Virus record (IMG/VR): IMGVR_UViG_3300037961_002446 | Coordinates: 1-64,000 of that record | Direction: 5' to 3' (one strand) | Source of the DNA: an uncultured virus (IMG/VR IMGVR_UViG_3300037961_002446) | Taxonomy: Duplodnaviria > Heunggongvirae > Uroviricota > Caudoviricetes | DNA length: 64,000 nt | Shown: one piece after another, positions 8,143-18,250 of the stretch | How the letters are laid out: every line of letters starts with the position of its first letter | Position numbering within the stretch: the first letter of the stretch is position 1 | Notes under the pieces: model-generated | Told to the model about the DNA's origin: nothing | Databases searched by the model: none | Seen by the model: only the letters and a program-made list of their open reading frames with translations | Position numbers and translations under genes: made by a program

Positions 8143-8601
8143 ATGAATGATACAGAATGGAATAGCCTCAAGATTGAGGTAAACGAATACCTAGAAGCCG
8201 ATACAAGTTTAGATGCAGGTCTAAAACAGATTTGTGAATTGAATCTAACCATCGGTGATTCTAACCCAAGTGAAAGAGAAGCGGCAAAAGGAGCATTGAA
8301 GGCTCTATTGAAAGGAAGAGATGGAACACCTTTTAGAAAGGGGCAAAAGTCTTCTATCCCTGCTTCGGTAAGAGTTGTAATTGACCAAATAGTTGCAGTA
8401 GTTGAAGAAGCATCAACTGTTTACTTTAACCAAGACCCAATTATCGGTGCTATTACTAAGAAACAAAACAGAAGTGGCGGTGGCTTTTATGCTGATGCAG
8501 AAGAATATGCAAAGGCCGAAGGAAACCGAGCAAGAAACCGTCTAGCCAAGTGGTATAAAGACAAGGAATGGGACGGCAATAAAGATTCACTTCTTTCTTG
8601 A
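8143..8601 (+). CDS. Paralog family A copy 3 (divergent)
   Basis: Aligns with 3365/4872: W..., LTIGD, PFRKGQKSS, NRSGGGFY, WDG. Start moved to ATG 8143 after AGGAG. Confidence 0.8.
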   Translation: MNDTEWNSLKIEVNEYLEADTSLDAGLKQICELNLTIGDSNPSEREAAKGALKALLKGRDGTPFRKGQKSSIPASVRVVIDQIVAVVEEASTVYFNQDPIIGAITKKQNRSGGGFYADAEEYAKAEGNRARNRLAKWYKDKEWDGNKDSLLS

Positions 8602-8900
8602 TGCCTCAGTTCAAGAAAGATATGAAAGAGGTTTGCGAGTAATAAAGATAAAGACATCATGATTAACCTGCAAGGGGGTTTCTCTTTCATAGCCTCCTTT
8701 CTTTTCCTCTTTTATATGATGACCTTGTGAGATGATACCATGAAGATAATTAAGTGTGGCAAGTGTGGTTGTGATTTATACAATGAACACTTCAACACCA
8801 ATGAAGAAACTAACTTAGTGGTTGATGCTGACGATAATGGTAAAATAACCAATATTGAGTTTTGGTGTGCTTCCTGTTTTAGTGGGGAGGGATTAGGCCA

Positions 8901-9149
8901 ATGAGGTTAGTAGAAGAAGTCTATATCAAGGCTGACAAAGATGAAGTTTGTCAGAAATGTGGGGTGGATATACCCAAAGGAAGTAATCACTTACTTGAAA
9001 CCTATATCCATAAGGGAACATTGTTAGTCAATACTTACTGTTTGAGTAAGAAGTGCAACCCCATCAACAATGTCCGACTAAGATTATTTTGGGGTGCAAT
9101 TATTCTCTCGCTCGCTTCATGGGCGGCCTATGGCATATGGTTTAGATGA
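8901..9149 (+). CDS. Zn-finger protein with C-terminal transmembrane helix
   Basis: CQKC...C....C followed by a hydrophobic C-terminus. Confidence 0.7.
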   Translation: MRLVEEVYIKADKDEVCQKCGVDIPKGSNHLLETYIHKGTLLVNTYCLSKKCNPINNVRLRLFWGAIILSLASWAAYGIWFR

Positions 9150-9214
9150 GCAGGTTATCGGTCTATAGACTAGGGCAACCCTGTGGCGGCCACCTATATA
9201 GGGTCGGGCGACCT

Positions 9215-9545
9215 CCCTATTGCTTGAGTAAGTGATAGGTTCTCAATACCTCCATAAATAATAATTGAGAAAATCCTTCAAGTGTTCGGAAAGGGTTGAG
9301 TCAAGGGGCTACTATGAAGTAATGCAACGAAAGTTGCTGACTCCCCTTTCCATCTGTTCACAAAAGTTTTGCAGGAAATTCTGAAAGTTTTCTTAAATGT
9401 GAAGAAAATTTTCTCTCCTGCTGCTTTTTCACACGCATTACCGTTCAGGTAAATAGCGTTTTATTCTTACCGTTAATAGGTAAAACCCGTTTTGATGAGT
9501 CCGGGCTGTCTACAGTATTTAAACCGACAGAAATTTCATCGCAAG
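9215..9545 (+). ncRNA. Putative structured RNA / long 5' leader (about 330 nt)
   Basis: ORF-free, downstream of CCTATATAGGG; stems GGAAAGGG/CCCTTTCC, GAGTCA/TGACTC, GCAAC-GAAA-GTTGC, GCAGGA/TCCTGC. Confidence 0.5.
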
Positions 9546-9556
9546 GAGAGAGAAAA

Positions 9557-9802
9557 ATGGAAGAAATGCTGAACTACTGCGGATTCAATTCCGCATTTGA
9601 TATGATTAAGACCCACTTTACACAAGATGAACTAATGGATTTGTTGAGTGAATTACTACATGAGAACAAAGACATAGCGCAAGAAATCTGTGAAGAGATA
9701 GCATATGATAGTTATGAATGGGTAGATATGGATAAGGTAAGGGCTGATGCTGAAGATATGGCTTATCAGGCTTACAAAGATAGTTTGTTAGGAGATGATT
9801 GA
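9557..9802 (+). CDS. Acidic hypothetical protein
   Basis: 81 aa; AGGAG SD. Confidence 0.7.
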   Translation: MEEMLNYCGFNSAFDMIKTHFTQDELMDLLSELLHENKDIAQEICEEIAYDSYEWVDMDKVRADAEDMAYQAYKDSLLGDD

Positions 9803-9997
9803 ATGAGTTGTGAACATAAAGAATATGAAGCGTATGGTGAAGACTACTATGTTAATGATAACGAAGAAATGGTTGAAGTGACAAAAGTAGTTTGCTTAGA
9901 CTGTGGTTTAACAGGAGTAATAGAAATCGTAAGACCTAATGCTCCAACATGGTCTGACCCTTACCAAACTAAACTTCCTCTTATTGTAGAGGAGTAA
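9803..9997 (+). CDS. Small Zn-ribbon-like protein
   Basis: CEH...CLDCG. Confidence 0.65.
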   Translation: MSCEHKEYEAYGEDYYVNDNEEMVEVTKVVCLDCGLTGVIEIVRPNAPTWSDPYQTKLPLIVEE

Positions 9998-10150
9998 TAC
10001 TCAAGACCTAGAATTTCTAGGCATAAATGGGTTTGACAGTAATAACGGAAAAATACCTCTTGTGGGCTTCGGCTTTTGTCAAGGGAGTTTTGTCATGCAC
10101 TTCCTTCCGTTCCCCATTCTTTTTGGAAGATAGAAAGTTGGTGAAAGAAC

Positions 10151-10387
10151 ATGATAAATTGGATTAAAGAAATAATAGGTAATGTCCCGTTCAGGGCTAA
10201 ACCTGTTATTAGATGTAGATTATGTTATCTAAAGGGTAATTATGAGATTACTCTTACGGAAACAGAATTAGATTCTAATAACGAAAGAACACACACCATG
10301 ATAATGTGTCGTGGGTGTCTGGACGAAATAAAAATAAAAATGCAGTTGATTAAAAATGAAGATGAAAGATATAGTGAAAGAAACTAG
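10151..10387 (+). CDS. Small Zn-finger protein
   Basis: CRLC...CRGC; GGTGA SD. Confidence 0.65.
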   Translation: MINWIKEIIGNVPFRAKPVIRCRLCYLKGNYEITLTETELDSNNERTHTMIMCRGCLDEIKIKMQLIKNEDERYSERN

Positions 10388-10519
10388 AATTTGGAAGAGC
10401 GACTATCTAGACTTAGATGTAGAAGTTGCTGAGAAGAGAAAAGAATATTGTCTTGAGCAACATAGGCTAGGACGCACAGATGGTTATGCCATCTACCAAG
10501 AATCAAGGAGGAAATATAA

Positions 10520-10780
10520 ATGAAAATAGAATTAGAGAAAGGTAAGCCCAAGATTGTAGAAGCAAGTTATTCTACACACTTGGAATTTGATGTTAGCGAT
10601 TTAGATATTGATTGGTCAAAGGTCAAGGCCATGTGGTGTAAGTATGGGACATTAGAAATAGAAATGGAAGACGGTGATATTCACCAAGTTTCCTACTCTT
10701 TTGAAGGAGAAACAGACTACAAGTGGCCAATTGATTTGAAGTTGTTGAATGACAACTATGACATACTATGGGAGGAATAA
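10520..10780 (+). CDS. Hypothetical protein
   Basis: 86 aa; AGGAGG SD. Confidence 0.7.
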   Translation: MKIELEKGKPKIVEASYSTHLEFDVSDLDIDWSKVKAMWCKYGTLEIEMEDGDIHQVSYSFEGETDYKWPIDLKLLNDNYDILWEE

Positions 10781-11438
10781 AAATGGAAGTAAAAATAGAA
10801 TATGGAAATATAATCCATGATGATGGAACGATTACAATGAGGCAAAACCATGTGTTTGAAGATGCAAAAGAAATGATGCACTTTTTCAAAAACACTGTTC
10901 CTCATTTGAGAAACATTGGTGATAATTGGGAAGTAAATAGAATGACTTTGACAATTACACGCACCACTTGGGTAAAAGCCCTTGAGCATTATGATGCAAT
11001 AGTAGGTGAGGAAGAATGAAGGAACTATTCTTAGGAATTATGGGTATGGTAGTTTTGTATGTCTTGGGTAAATTCCTTTATCCTGACATTCAACAAAGAC
11101 CTATCCAACAAGAACTAATTAAATGGGAGGAAGAATGATGGACGACTTGAAAAAAGAAATAAACGATATGCTAAGAGGCATTCAAAATGATTTGATGCAA
11201 AGTCAAAAGTTGATGATTCAATCAATTATAGGACTTTGTTCAGTCATATTAGCACGACTGCATGAAGGTGATATAGAGGGAGCAAAGAATTCTGTAGTAT
11301 CACTAATTACTCAATTAGAAGCAAGGAGTGAAGACGCATGAGATGTGAAATATGTCAAGAACCTTATCATGATACTTGTCCTTTAGTAGAGGACTGTGTG
11401 TGTTGTGAGAATACTAAAACGCTTATGGAGGAAGAACT

Positions 11439-12086
11439 ATGAATATATTTGCATTATCAAAAGACCCAAGAGAAGCGGCACAAATGATGATAGACAAGCA
11501 CATAATCAAAATGCCAACAGAAAGTTGTCAGATGTTGCATACCAATGCTCTCTATTTCATGTATGTAGACCATTACAACCAAATCCCATCACTAAAAGAA
11601 CTGAAACAGTTTCACACAGATATTGCATCTAACTTGATGAAACCCGCTATGCTTAATCACCCTAGCACTATTTGGGCTAGAGAAACAAAAGGCAATTGGG
11701 ATTACTTGTATGAACACGCTCTTTCGCTTTGTGAGGAATATACTCTACGATATGGTAGAGAACATGGTAGTTATCAGCGTATCTTAGATACTCCTGATTA
11801 TCCATACAAGAACGATACAAGTGCCTTGACTCCTGTATCTATTGCTATGGCTGACCAATACAGAATTGAAAATACATTTGATGATGAGTGGGATTTTGTC
11901 ATAGCCTCTTATCGCCATTATTATCTTGAAGGTAAGTGGCGTTTTGCTGAATGGAGAAATGACCGTAGGCCTGAATGGTGGCCTGTAAACCATATCAATA
12001 TCAGATGGAATGAAGTGTTTACTCGTATGAATGAGCAAAACAACTTCTCTATTCCATTGAAGATGTTGCCTTTGGAGGAAGAATAA
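11439..12086 (+). CDS. Pyrimidine-dimer DNA glycosylase-like (DenV/Pyr_excise-related) protein
   Basis: MNIF..S.DP..AA....DKH..KM..E..QML and NHPSTIWAR motifs. Confidence 0.75.
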   Translation: MNIFALSKDPREAAQMMIDKHIIKMPTESCQMLHTNALYFMYVDHYNQIPSLKELKQFHTDIASNLMKPAMLNHPSTIWARETKGNWDYLYEHALSLCEEYTLRYGREHGSYQRILDTPDYPYKNDTSALTPVSIAMADQYRIENTFDDEWDFVIASYRHYYLEGKWRFAEWRNDRRPEWWPVNHINIRWNEVFTRMNEQNNFSIPLKMLPLEEE

Positions 12087-12414
12087 TGAACAACACAGAT
12101 GAAGCATGGGAAGAAGAACAAATGTCTAATTTAGGTTGTGAAAGTGTAAGCGATTTAATAACAGAAATCAAGCGGTTGCGTAAAAGACTCAAGCAAATAG
12201 AGAATATAGCAAAAGGGGCGATTGAATGATTGAAACAAGGCATGGAATAGCAATACCTCTCGTCTATGTAGAGAAAGACGGGCAAATAGAAATTATACTT
12301 GAGTTGATTGAATGAAGAAACAACACAGATGTATGGCTTGTAATAAAGTCATATCTAAGAATAGATATTATTGCTACAGTTGTTTTAATGTAGCGGAAGA
12401 AAAGGTGAATAAAA

Positions 12415-12711
12415 ATGAATTGTAAAGAATGTAATGGAGCAGGTTGGGTAGAAGTGCCTAACTATCATTTAGACTGCATGGAATGGCAACAATGTCATTC
12501 TTGTTTAGCAGAAGAACATTATCATAAAGAACTTGAAGAAGGGCTAACTAAGTTGTTAGTCAATGCGAGTCATGAAAGGTTAGCGCAAATAGTTGCTACC
12601 TTGTTAGTGAGGAATGTATCACGCAATCCTCAAGATAGTCTGGATAGGTTAGAAACTATCATACAGACAAAAAACACACTTGAAGCGATACAAATTGCTT
12701 CATTTATCTAG
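12415..12711 (+). CDS. Protein with DnaJ-type Zn-finger motif
   Basis: CKECNGAG...CHSC. Confidence 0.65.
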   Translation: MNCKECNGAGWVEVPNYHLDCMEWQQCHSCLAEEHYHKELEEGLTKLLVNASHERLAQIVATLLVRNVSRNPQDSLDRLETIIQTKNTLEAIQIASFI

Positions 12712-12782
12712 GGCGTATGGTGTAATGGATAGCATTTCGGCCTTCTAAGCCGAAGATGGGGGTTCAATTCCCTCTACGCCTG
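12711..12782 (+). tRNA. tRNA-Arg (anticodon TCT)
   Basis: Acceptor stem GGGCGTA/TACGCCT, anticodon arm TCGGC-CTTCTAA-GCCGA, T-loop GTTCAATTC; no intron and no encoded CCA. Confidence 0.93.
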
Positions 12783-12887
12783 TAGATTTTCAATTAAATC
12801 TATAGAGAAATGCCTTGACCCTATGGCGGTTGCCTATATAGGGTTGAGGATAGATTAACCAAAACAAGAGGAAAGGAGTATGAAAAT

Positions 12888-13223
12888 ATGTTAAGTGAAG
12901 AAGAATTAATAGAAACTATAGTGCTAAATCATTTGATTAAGTATAATACAATTGAGGAGGATATTCTCCTTAAACAATTAATTGATAATGGTTTAGCCAA
13001 GCCTTACGCTAACAGTGGGGCTTATATGCATTCCATCTACAATTTAGTCTTGAAGTTCAAACGAAAAGGTGTTCGTTTACTAGAAAAAGTGAACCCCTTT
13101 ATATTGTCTGAAGAAGCAATTACATTTAGTAAGAAATTGCTTACAAGCCTGTATGATGAGAATGGCAATAAAATCGGAGATATGTTTCTCCACCCAAGAT
13201 TACATAGGAGTGAATTAATATGA
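12888..13223 (+). CDS. Hypothetical protein
   Basis: 111 aa ORF after a promoter-like element. Confidence 0.65.
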   Translation: MLSEEELIETIVLNHLIKYNTIEEDILLKQLIDNGLAKPYANSGAYMHSIYNLVLKFKRKGVRLLEKVNPFILSEEAITFSKKLLTSLYDENGNKIGDMFLHPRLHRSELI

Positions 13224-13480
13224 ATACAGAAGTAGAATTTAGAGTAGTGCATGACAATACGATGCCACCGATTATTATATCGTATAATGAAGAAGATAAA
13301 CCAAAGGTAGTGCTAAACACTTACCACAAGATTTGGATTAGTCTTAATCGTAGGGTAATTGCAGGAATTATTGAGAACCTTCAAGAAAAGATGGATATGA
13401 TTCTAACGGGCTTTTTGTCAGAACAAAGAACCTTTGAAAAGCAAGACCAAGAAGATATGATGTATCTAGGTGATGAGTAA
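13220..13480 (+). CDS. Hypothetical protein
   Basis: 86 aa; ATGA-coupled. Confidence 0.7.
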   Translation: MNTEVEFRVVHDNTMPPIIISYNEEDKPKVVLNTYHKIWISLNRRVIAGIIENLQEKMDMILTGFLSEQRTFEKQDQEDMMYLGDE

Positions 13481-13911
13481 TGGTCGGTGTAGCAAAAGAA
13501 TGTAAGGTTTGTAAGGCACAGTTTCTAACTTGGTCTACTAAGACAAATAATGTTAGTATGTGCGACAAATGTTATCTAAATAAAAAGACCGCATCAGCAG
13601 TTGTTACCGCTAATGCTAGAAATCAGGCTGAATTAGTTAGTCTTGAAGATAGAATTGAGCGCATTGAAAAGATGGATATTGATTTCTTAATACAAATGCA
13701 AGTCAATGCTAGCCTTGCAGATTTCTCTTCTATAGATATAGTCAATAGAATTGAGAAAGAGGCTAACAAAAGAGTTGAAGAAACAATTGCTAAGTTGAAT
13801 AGGCAATTCAAAACAATGAGAGAGAAACTACAGAAACAAAATGTAGTGCTAAGTAATAGAATACTTGAATTAGAAAAGGAAGTGAAAGGGTTATGGTCAG
13901 AAGAGAACTAG
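13480..13911 (+). CDS. Zn-finger plus coiled-coil protein
   Basis: CKVC...CDKC followed by heptad-rich helices. Confidence 0.7.
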   Translation: MVGVAKECKVCKAQFLTWSTKTNNVSMCDKCYLNKKTASAVVTANARNQAELVSLEDRIERIEKMDIDFLIQMQVNASLADFSSIDIVNRIEKEANKRVEETIAKLNRQFKTMREKLQKQNVVLSNRILELEKEVKGLWSEEN

Positions 13912-15164
13912 GCGAAGGTCGTTGGGATAAAGTCCTAATGCGTAGAATGGTAAACTTGTCCGTTGCTGATAACTATGATGAGGCTAAAGAAGAATGGTTA
14001 GCAACAGGTAGTGTTTGGTGGCGTGGTAATGGTGAAATTCCTGAGTGGGTTTCTAATTCACAGCAAGGAGAAGGTAGTTGTCTTTGTGGTCATAGGATTA
14101 CTTATCATTTTGAGATTCTTAATACTGAAAATGGTATTAGGGAATGTGTTGGTTCAGACCACATTAACTCATATCTAATTATGCGACAGATTGCTCAAGA
14201 GAAGGGACAATCTATAGAAACTATTACTGAGGAACAAATCAAAGAATGGATTAATGTCCGTGTAGGTTCTATGAAAGCCGAAGCATGGTGGGCTGAAAAT
14301 GGAGAATCGTTTGAGATGATGTTTAACAAAATCAAAGAGATTGATGTTAGATATAATACAAGGGCGGGAAACAGAAACAACTACTACTATGATAGAGAAA
14401 TAAATGAGTATGTTTATCCTAGAAAACTAAGAAAGAAGTCAGAAGGAGAGTTTGGGACTCGTCATTACAAAATGGCATCTATTGTTTGGAGATGGAATCA
14501 CCCTGATAATCCTAAGAACCAACAAACCACTAGAGGCTATCCTAATGAAAGACTCATGCGTGATTTGGCTCTTTACTTTGTTCAGTCTGAACCTCTTATC
14601 AAGAAAATGAAAGAAGAGAAAGAAAGGCGAGAAATAAAGAAAGCCGAAGTTGCTGAAAAAAGGAGAATAGAAGAAGAAAGACGCAGACTCCGTAATCTAA
14701 GAAGCGGGCTGAATCAGCGTTTTAGACAGATGCAGAATATTCTAAATGTTCCTTTCCAAAAACTCAATAGTGTTGAGCAACAAAGAGAGCGAGCAATTAG
14801 AGATGCAGAAAGAAAGGTAATCGCACAAAGAAGGGCGGCTGAAAAAGAAATTGCTGATAATGAAATGCTAGCAGGGACTAGTGAATCATTTGAAGATATG
14901 TGCGGCTTTTACGGTATTCCTGTATTTGATGAAACATTCGCTAATAACGAATGGGAAAGAGAATTCTTGGTATCAATCAAATATCAATTGACTGACCAAA
15001 AAGAATTGACCTCTAGGCAATTGAATACTTGTAAACAAATATTTGACGAATCACCTGCAACTGAAAAGCAAATCAAATACTTGAAGGCTTTAGGTTATGA
15101 TGGTGAAGTTCCTAGCAAGCGTTGGGCTAGTAAAAAAATAAGCGAATTAAAAGGAGATGAATAA
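13893..15164 (+). CDS. Conserved viral protein with CxCGH...VGSDH Zn-binding motif and coiled coil
   Basis: 423 aa ORF; CLCGHRI..N..NG....VGSDHI; C-terminal PATEKQIKYL. Confidence 0.8.
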   Translation: MVRRELGEGRWDKVLMRRMVNLSVADNYDEAKEEWLATGSVWWRGNGEIPEWVSNSQQGEGSCLCGHRITYHFEILNTENGIRECVGSDHINSYLIMRQIAQEKGQSIETITEEQIKEWINVRVGSMKAEAWWAENGESFEMMFNKIKEIDVRYNTRAGNRNNYYYDREINEYVYPRKLRKKSEGEFGTRHYKMASIVWRWNHPDNPKNQQTTRGYPNERLMRDLALYFVQSEPLIKKMKEEKERREIKKAEVAEKRRIEEERRRLRNLRSGLNQRFRQMQNILNVPFQKLNSVEQQRERAIRDAERKVIAQRRAAEKEIADNEMLAGTSESFEDMCGFYGIPVFDETFANNEWEREFLVSIKYQLTDQKELTSRQLNTCKQIFDESPATEKQIKYLKALGYDGEVPSKRWASKKISELKGDE

Positions 15165-15440
15165 AATGAATTGGAAGAAAATAGGACTAGGTGCTAGTTT
15201 AGCATCTATTATTGGTAGCATAGCAATATACGCAACATATGACACCGACTTGGGTATCTTTGTCGGTCTTTGGGCTTCGGCTCTTTTGTTGCTAACAGAC
15301 CGTGTAGAAGAAGTAATGGGGAATGCTTGATGTTGGGAAAGATAATCAATGTTGTAGTTATGACACTACTTTATGCGACAATTATCCTGTCAGGGGTCGG
15401 GTTTTTGGCATGGTTAAGCGGGGAGGATTTTCCCCTAGAA

Positions 15441-15458
15441 TGAACCCCTTTATATATG
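15441..15458 (+). promoter_or_regulatory. Promoter TGAACCCCTTTATATATG upstream of the ubiquitin-like gene
   Basis: TATA box about 35-40 nt before ATG 15493; identical 18-mer at 32386. Confidence 0.7.
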
Positions 15459-15492
15459 AATGGAGTATAGGAAAAAATAGGAAGTGAGAATT

Positions 15493-15699
15493 ATGATTAA
15501 GTTGAGAATTTTGAATGAAACAGGACACACAGAACTAACTATGGAAAGTAGTGAAGTTATTGAGCAAATTATTACGCACCCAACCCATTGGTGTTTTATT
15601 GATGGGGAAATGGTAGCGAGAGAAGATATTACTAACATTAATTGGGACGAGGTTCAGTCAGTAGACTTGACCCCTGCAATTGTTGGGGGAAGCCTCTAA
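15493..15699 (+). CDS. Ubiquitin-like (beta-grasp, SAMP/MoaD/ThiS-like) protein precursor
   Basis: 68 aa ending VDLTPAIVGG-SL; internal FIDGE strand-turn typical of beta-grasp modifiers. Confidence 0.75.
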   Translation: MIKLRILNETGHTELTMESSEVIEQIITHPTHWCFIDGEMVAREDITNINWDEVQSVDLTPAIVGGSL

Positions 15700-15730
15700 G
15701 TTAGACAATAACTTTCCTAACTCCCTTTTT

Positions 15731-15804
15731 GGAGGGGTAGTTTCTGAACTCTTAAGCCTTTAGAGCAAGGCTTAGGACACTAGGAAATTGCCCCTCCTTT
15801 TTTT
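15731..15804 (+). terminator. Long hairpin plus T-tract after the Ubl gene
   Basis: GGAGGGGTAGTTTC/GAAATTGCCCCTCC outer stem, TAAGCCTT/AAGGCTTA inner stem, then TTTTTTT. Confidence 0.65.
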
Positions 15805-15881
15805 ATTTTAATTATGCGGGTTATCTTTATCCCCTAAACTTGTTTAGGATAAAATACGCCCAAAATACAGGAGGACAGAAC

Positions 15882-17735
15882 ATGAATAAGAAGATATTAT
15901 CAGACATTATTGTGCATATGAAGTATGCCAAATTTATACCGGAAAAAGAAAGAAGAGAAACTTGGGAAGAGTTGATTGAGAGAAATATGCAAATGCATAT
16001 TAAGAAATATCCTCAACTAGAAAAAGACATTAGAGATGTATATGCTCATTTTGTTTTGCCTAAGAAAGTATTACCCTCTATGCGCTCATTACAATTTGGT
16101 GGAAAGCCTATTGAGATGAGTCCTAACAGGGTTTACAATTGTGCTTATATGCCAATTGATTCATATTTTGCATTTAACGAGGCTATGTTCCTATTACTAG
16201 GTGGAACAGGTGTAGGTTATTCTGTTCAACGACACCATGTTGAACAATTACCTGAAATTCAAAAGCCAAACAAAGATAGAACCCGTAGATATTTAATCGC
16301 TGATTCTATTGAAGGTTGGGCTGATGCAGTTAAGATTCTAATGGAATGTTATATGGGAGTTAGGAAATCTACTCCTATCTTTGATTATTCCGATATACGA
16401 GAAAAGGGTGCATTATTGATTACATCAGGAGGAAAAGCACCCGGCCCACAACCATTAAGAGAATGTTTAGTTGTTATTGAGGGAATACTACAGAATATTC
16501 CTAACGGTAGCAAATTAAGACCTATTGATGCACATGATATTATGTGTCATATCGCTGATGCAGTTCTTAGTGGTGGGATTAGACGAGCCGCTATGATTAG
16601 TTTGTTTTCAGCAGATGATAATGAAATGATTTCTTGTAAATCTGGGAAATGGTGGGAACTAAATCCTCAAAGAGGTAGAGCAAACAATTCAGCAGTATTG
16701 CTTAGACATAGAATTACTAAAGAATATTTCATGGATTTGTGGGCTAGAATTAAAGCATCAGGAAGCGGAGAACCCGGAATTTATTTCAATAATGACAAAG
16801 ATTGGGGAACTAATCCTTGTTGTGAAATTGCTTTGCGTCCTTATCAGTTTTGTAATCTTACAGAAGTCAATGCTTCTGATGTAAAAGACCAAGCGGATTT
16901 AGAAGCAAGAGTTAGTGCGGCTTCGTTCTTAGGAACGCTACAAGCGGGCTATACTGATTTCCACTATCTAAGAGAAGTATGGCAAAGAACAACTGAAAAG
17001 GATTCTTTGTTGGGAGTATCTATGACAGGTATTGCTTCTAATATTGTAGAGAAACTAGATTTAGAAATGGCCGCTTTAGAAGTAAAGAAAGAGAATGAAA
17101 AGACTGCTAAGTTGATAGGAATTAATCCTGCGGCTAGAACTACTTGTGTTAAACCTGCGGGAACAACTTCACTTGTTTTAGGAACAAGTAGTGGTATTCA
17201 TGCTTGGCATAATGACTTCTATATCCGAAGAGTAAGAGTAGGAAAGAATGAAGCGATTTATGGCTACCTTTCAAGAGAACACCCTGAATTGGTAGAAGAT
17301 GAAATCTTTAGTCCACATGATACGGCAGTAATTTCTGTTCCTCAGAAAGCACCTGTTAATGCTATTACACGACATGAATCTGTATTTGATTTACTAGAGC
17401 GTGTAAAGAATTTCAGCATTAGATGGGTTAGAACAGGCCACAATGACGGTCTAAACACTCACAATGTTTCAGCAACTATTTCCATTAAGAATAATGAATG
17501 GGAAGAAGTAGCAGAATGGTTTTGGCTAAACCGTCATTATTATAATGGGTTGTCTGTATTGCCTTATGATGGAGGCACATACGACCAAGCACCCTTTGAA
17601 GACTGTAAAGAAGAAGTCTTTGAAGAACTTTCTAATTCCCTAACAAGCGTAGACCTAACTAAGGTAGTAGAAACTACAGATGAAACTAACCTTAGTGGTG
17701 AATTGGCTTGTGCGGGAGGACAATGTGAAATTTAA
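15882..17735 (+). CDS. nrdJ: Ribonucleotide reductase class II (adenosylcobalamin-dependent)
   Basis: NPCCEI thiyl-radical motif, TTCVKPAGTTS, C-terminal CAGGQC; no small (beta) subunit nearby; start ATG 15882 after AGGAGG. Confidence 0.93.
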   Translation: MNKKILSDIIVHMKYAKFIPEKERRETWEELIERNMQMHIKKYPQLEKDIRDVYAHFVLPKKVLPSMRSLQFGGKPIEMSPNRVYNCAYMPIDSYFAFNEAMFLLLGGTGVGYSVQRHHVEQLPEIQKPNKDRTRRYLIADSIEGWADAVKILMECYMGVRKSTPIFDYSDIREKGALLITSGGKAPGPQPLRECLVVIEGILQNIPNGSKLRPIDAHDIMCHIADAVLSGGIRRAAMISLFSADDNEMISCKSGKWWELNPQRGRANNSAVLLRHRITKEYFMDLWARIKASGSGEPGIYFNNDKDWGTNPCCEIALRPYQFCNLTEVNASDVKDQADLEARVSAASFLGTLQAGYTDFHYLREVWQRTTEKDSLLGVSMTGIASNIVEKLDLEMAALEVKKENEKTAKLIGINPAARTTCVKPAGTTSLVLGTSSGIHAWHNDFYIRRVRVGKNEAIYGYLSREHPELVEDEIFSPHDTAVISVPQKAPVNAITRHESVFDLLERVKNFSIRWVRTGHNDGLNTHNVSATISIKNNEWEEVAEWFWLNRHYYNGLSVLPYDGGTYDQAPFEDCKEEVFEELSNSLTSVDLTKVVETTDETNLSGELACAGGQCEI

Positions 17736-17744
17736 GGTGATACT

Positions 17745-18104
17745 ATGCCAAGACTCTTCAAAGATTATGAAGAGTGTTTAAGCGTAATAATAACAATAAT
17801 GAAAGACTTTAATGTAAGTCATCAGAATAGAATAGGATTAGCAATAAATGTCTGTGATTCTTTAGTAGATGATACAGATAAAATATTCAGATTATACACT
17901 CCGTTTAAAGAAATGTTATGGAAGATACCCGAAGCGGTAGAAATGGGATTTGACCAATATATGAGGCGAGAAATACCTAGAATAGTAGATATGTTAGAAT
18001 ACCATGATGCGAATTGTAATGGAAATTGTAAGATTTGTGATGACAGAATAAGAGTAATTGATAATATGCATGAGGCGATTTACGGTGAAAGAGAAAGACC
18101 CTGA
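17745..18104 (+). CDS. Hypothetical protein
   Basis: 119 aa; AGGTGA SD; H..C...C..C near the C-terminus. Confidence 0.7.
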   Translation: MPRLFKDYEECLSVIITIMKDFNVSHQNRIGLAINVCDSLVDDTDKIFRLYTPFKEMLWKIPEAVEMGFDQYMRREIPRIVDMLEYHDANCNGNCKICDDRIRVIDNMHEAIYGERERP

Positions 18105-18250
18105 ATATACTACCACAGGTAGAAGAAATACAAAGATAGCAACCCGTTGTAGGGTTTGTGGCGGGAAATTATATTCCGCACAAGAAATCAAAAAAGAAAT
18201 CCACGATGAATGCGATGTGGATAATACTAATATGTATATGATGTGATAAA

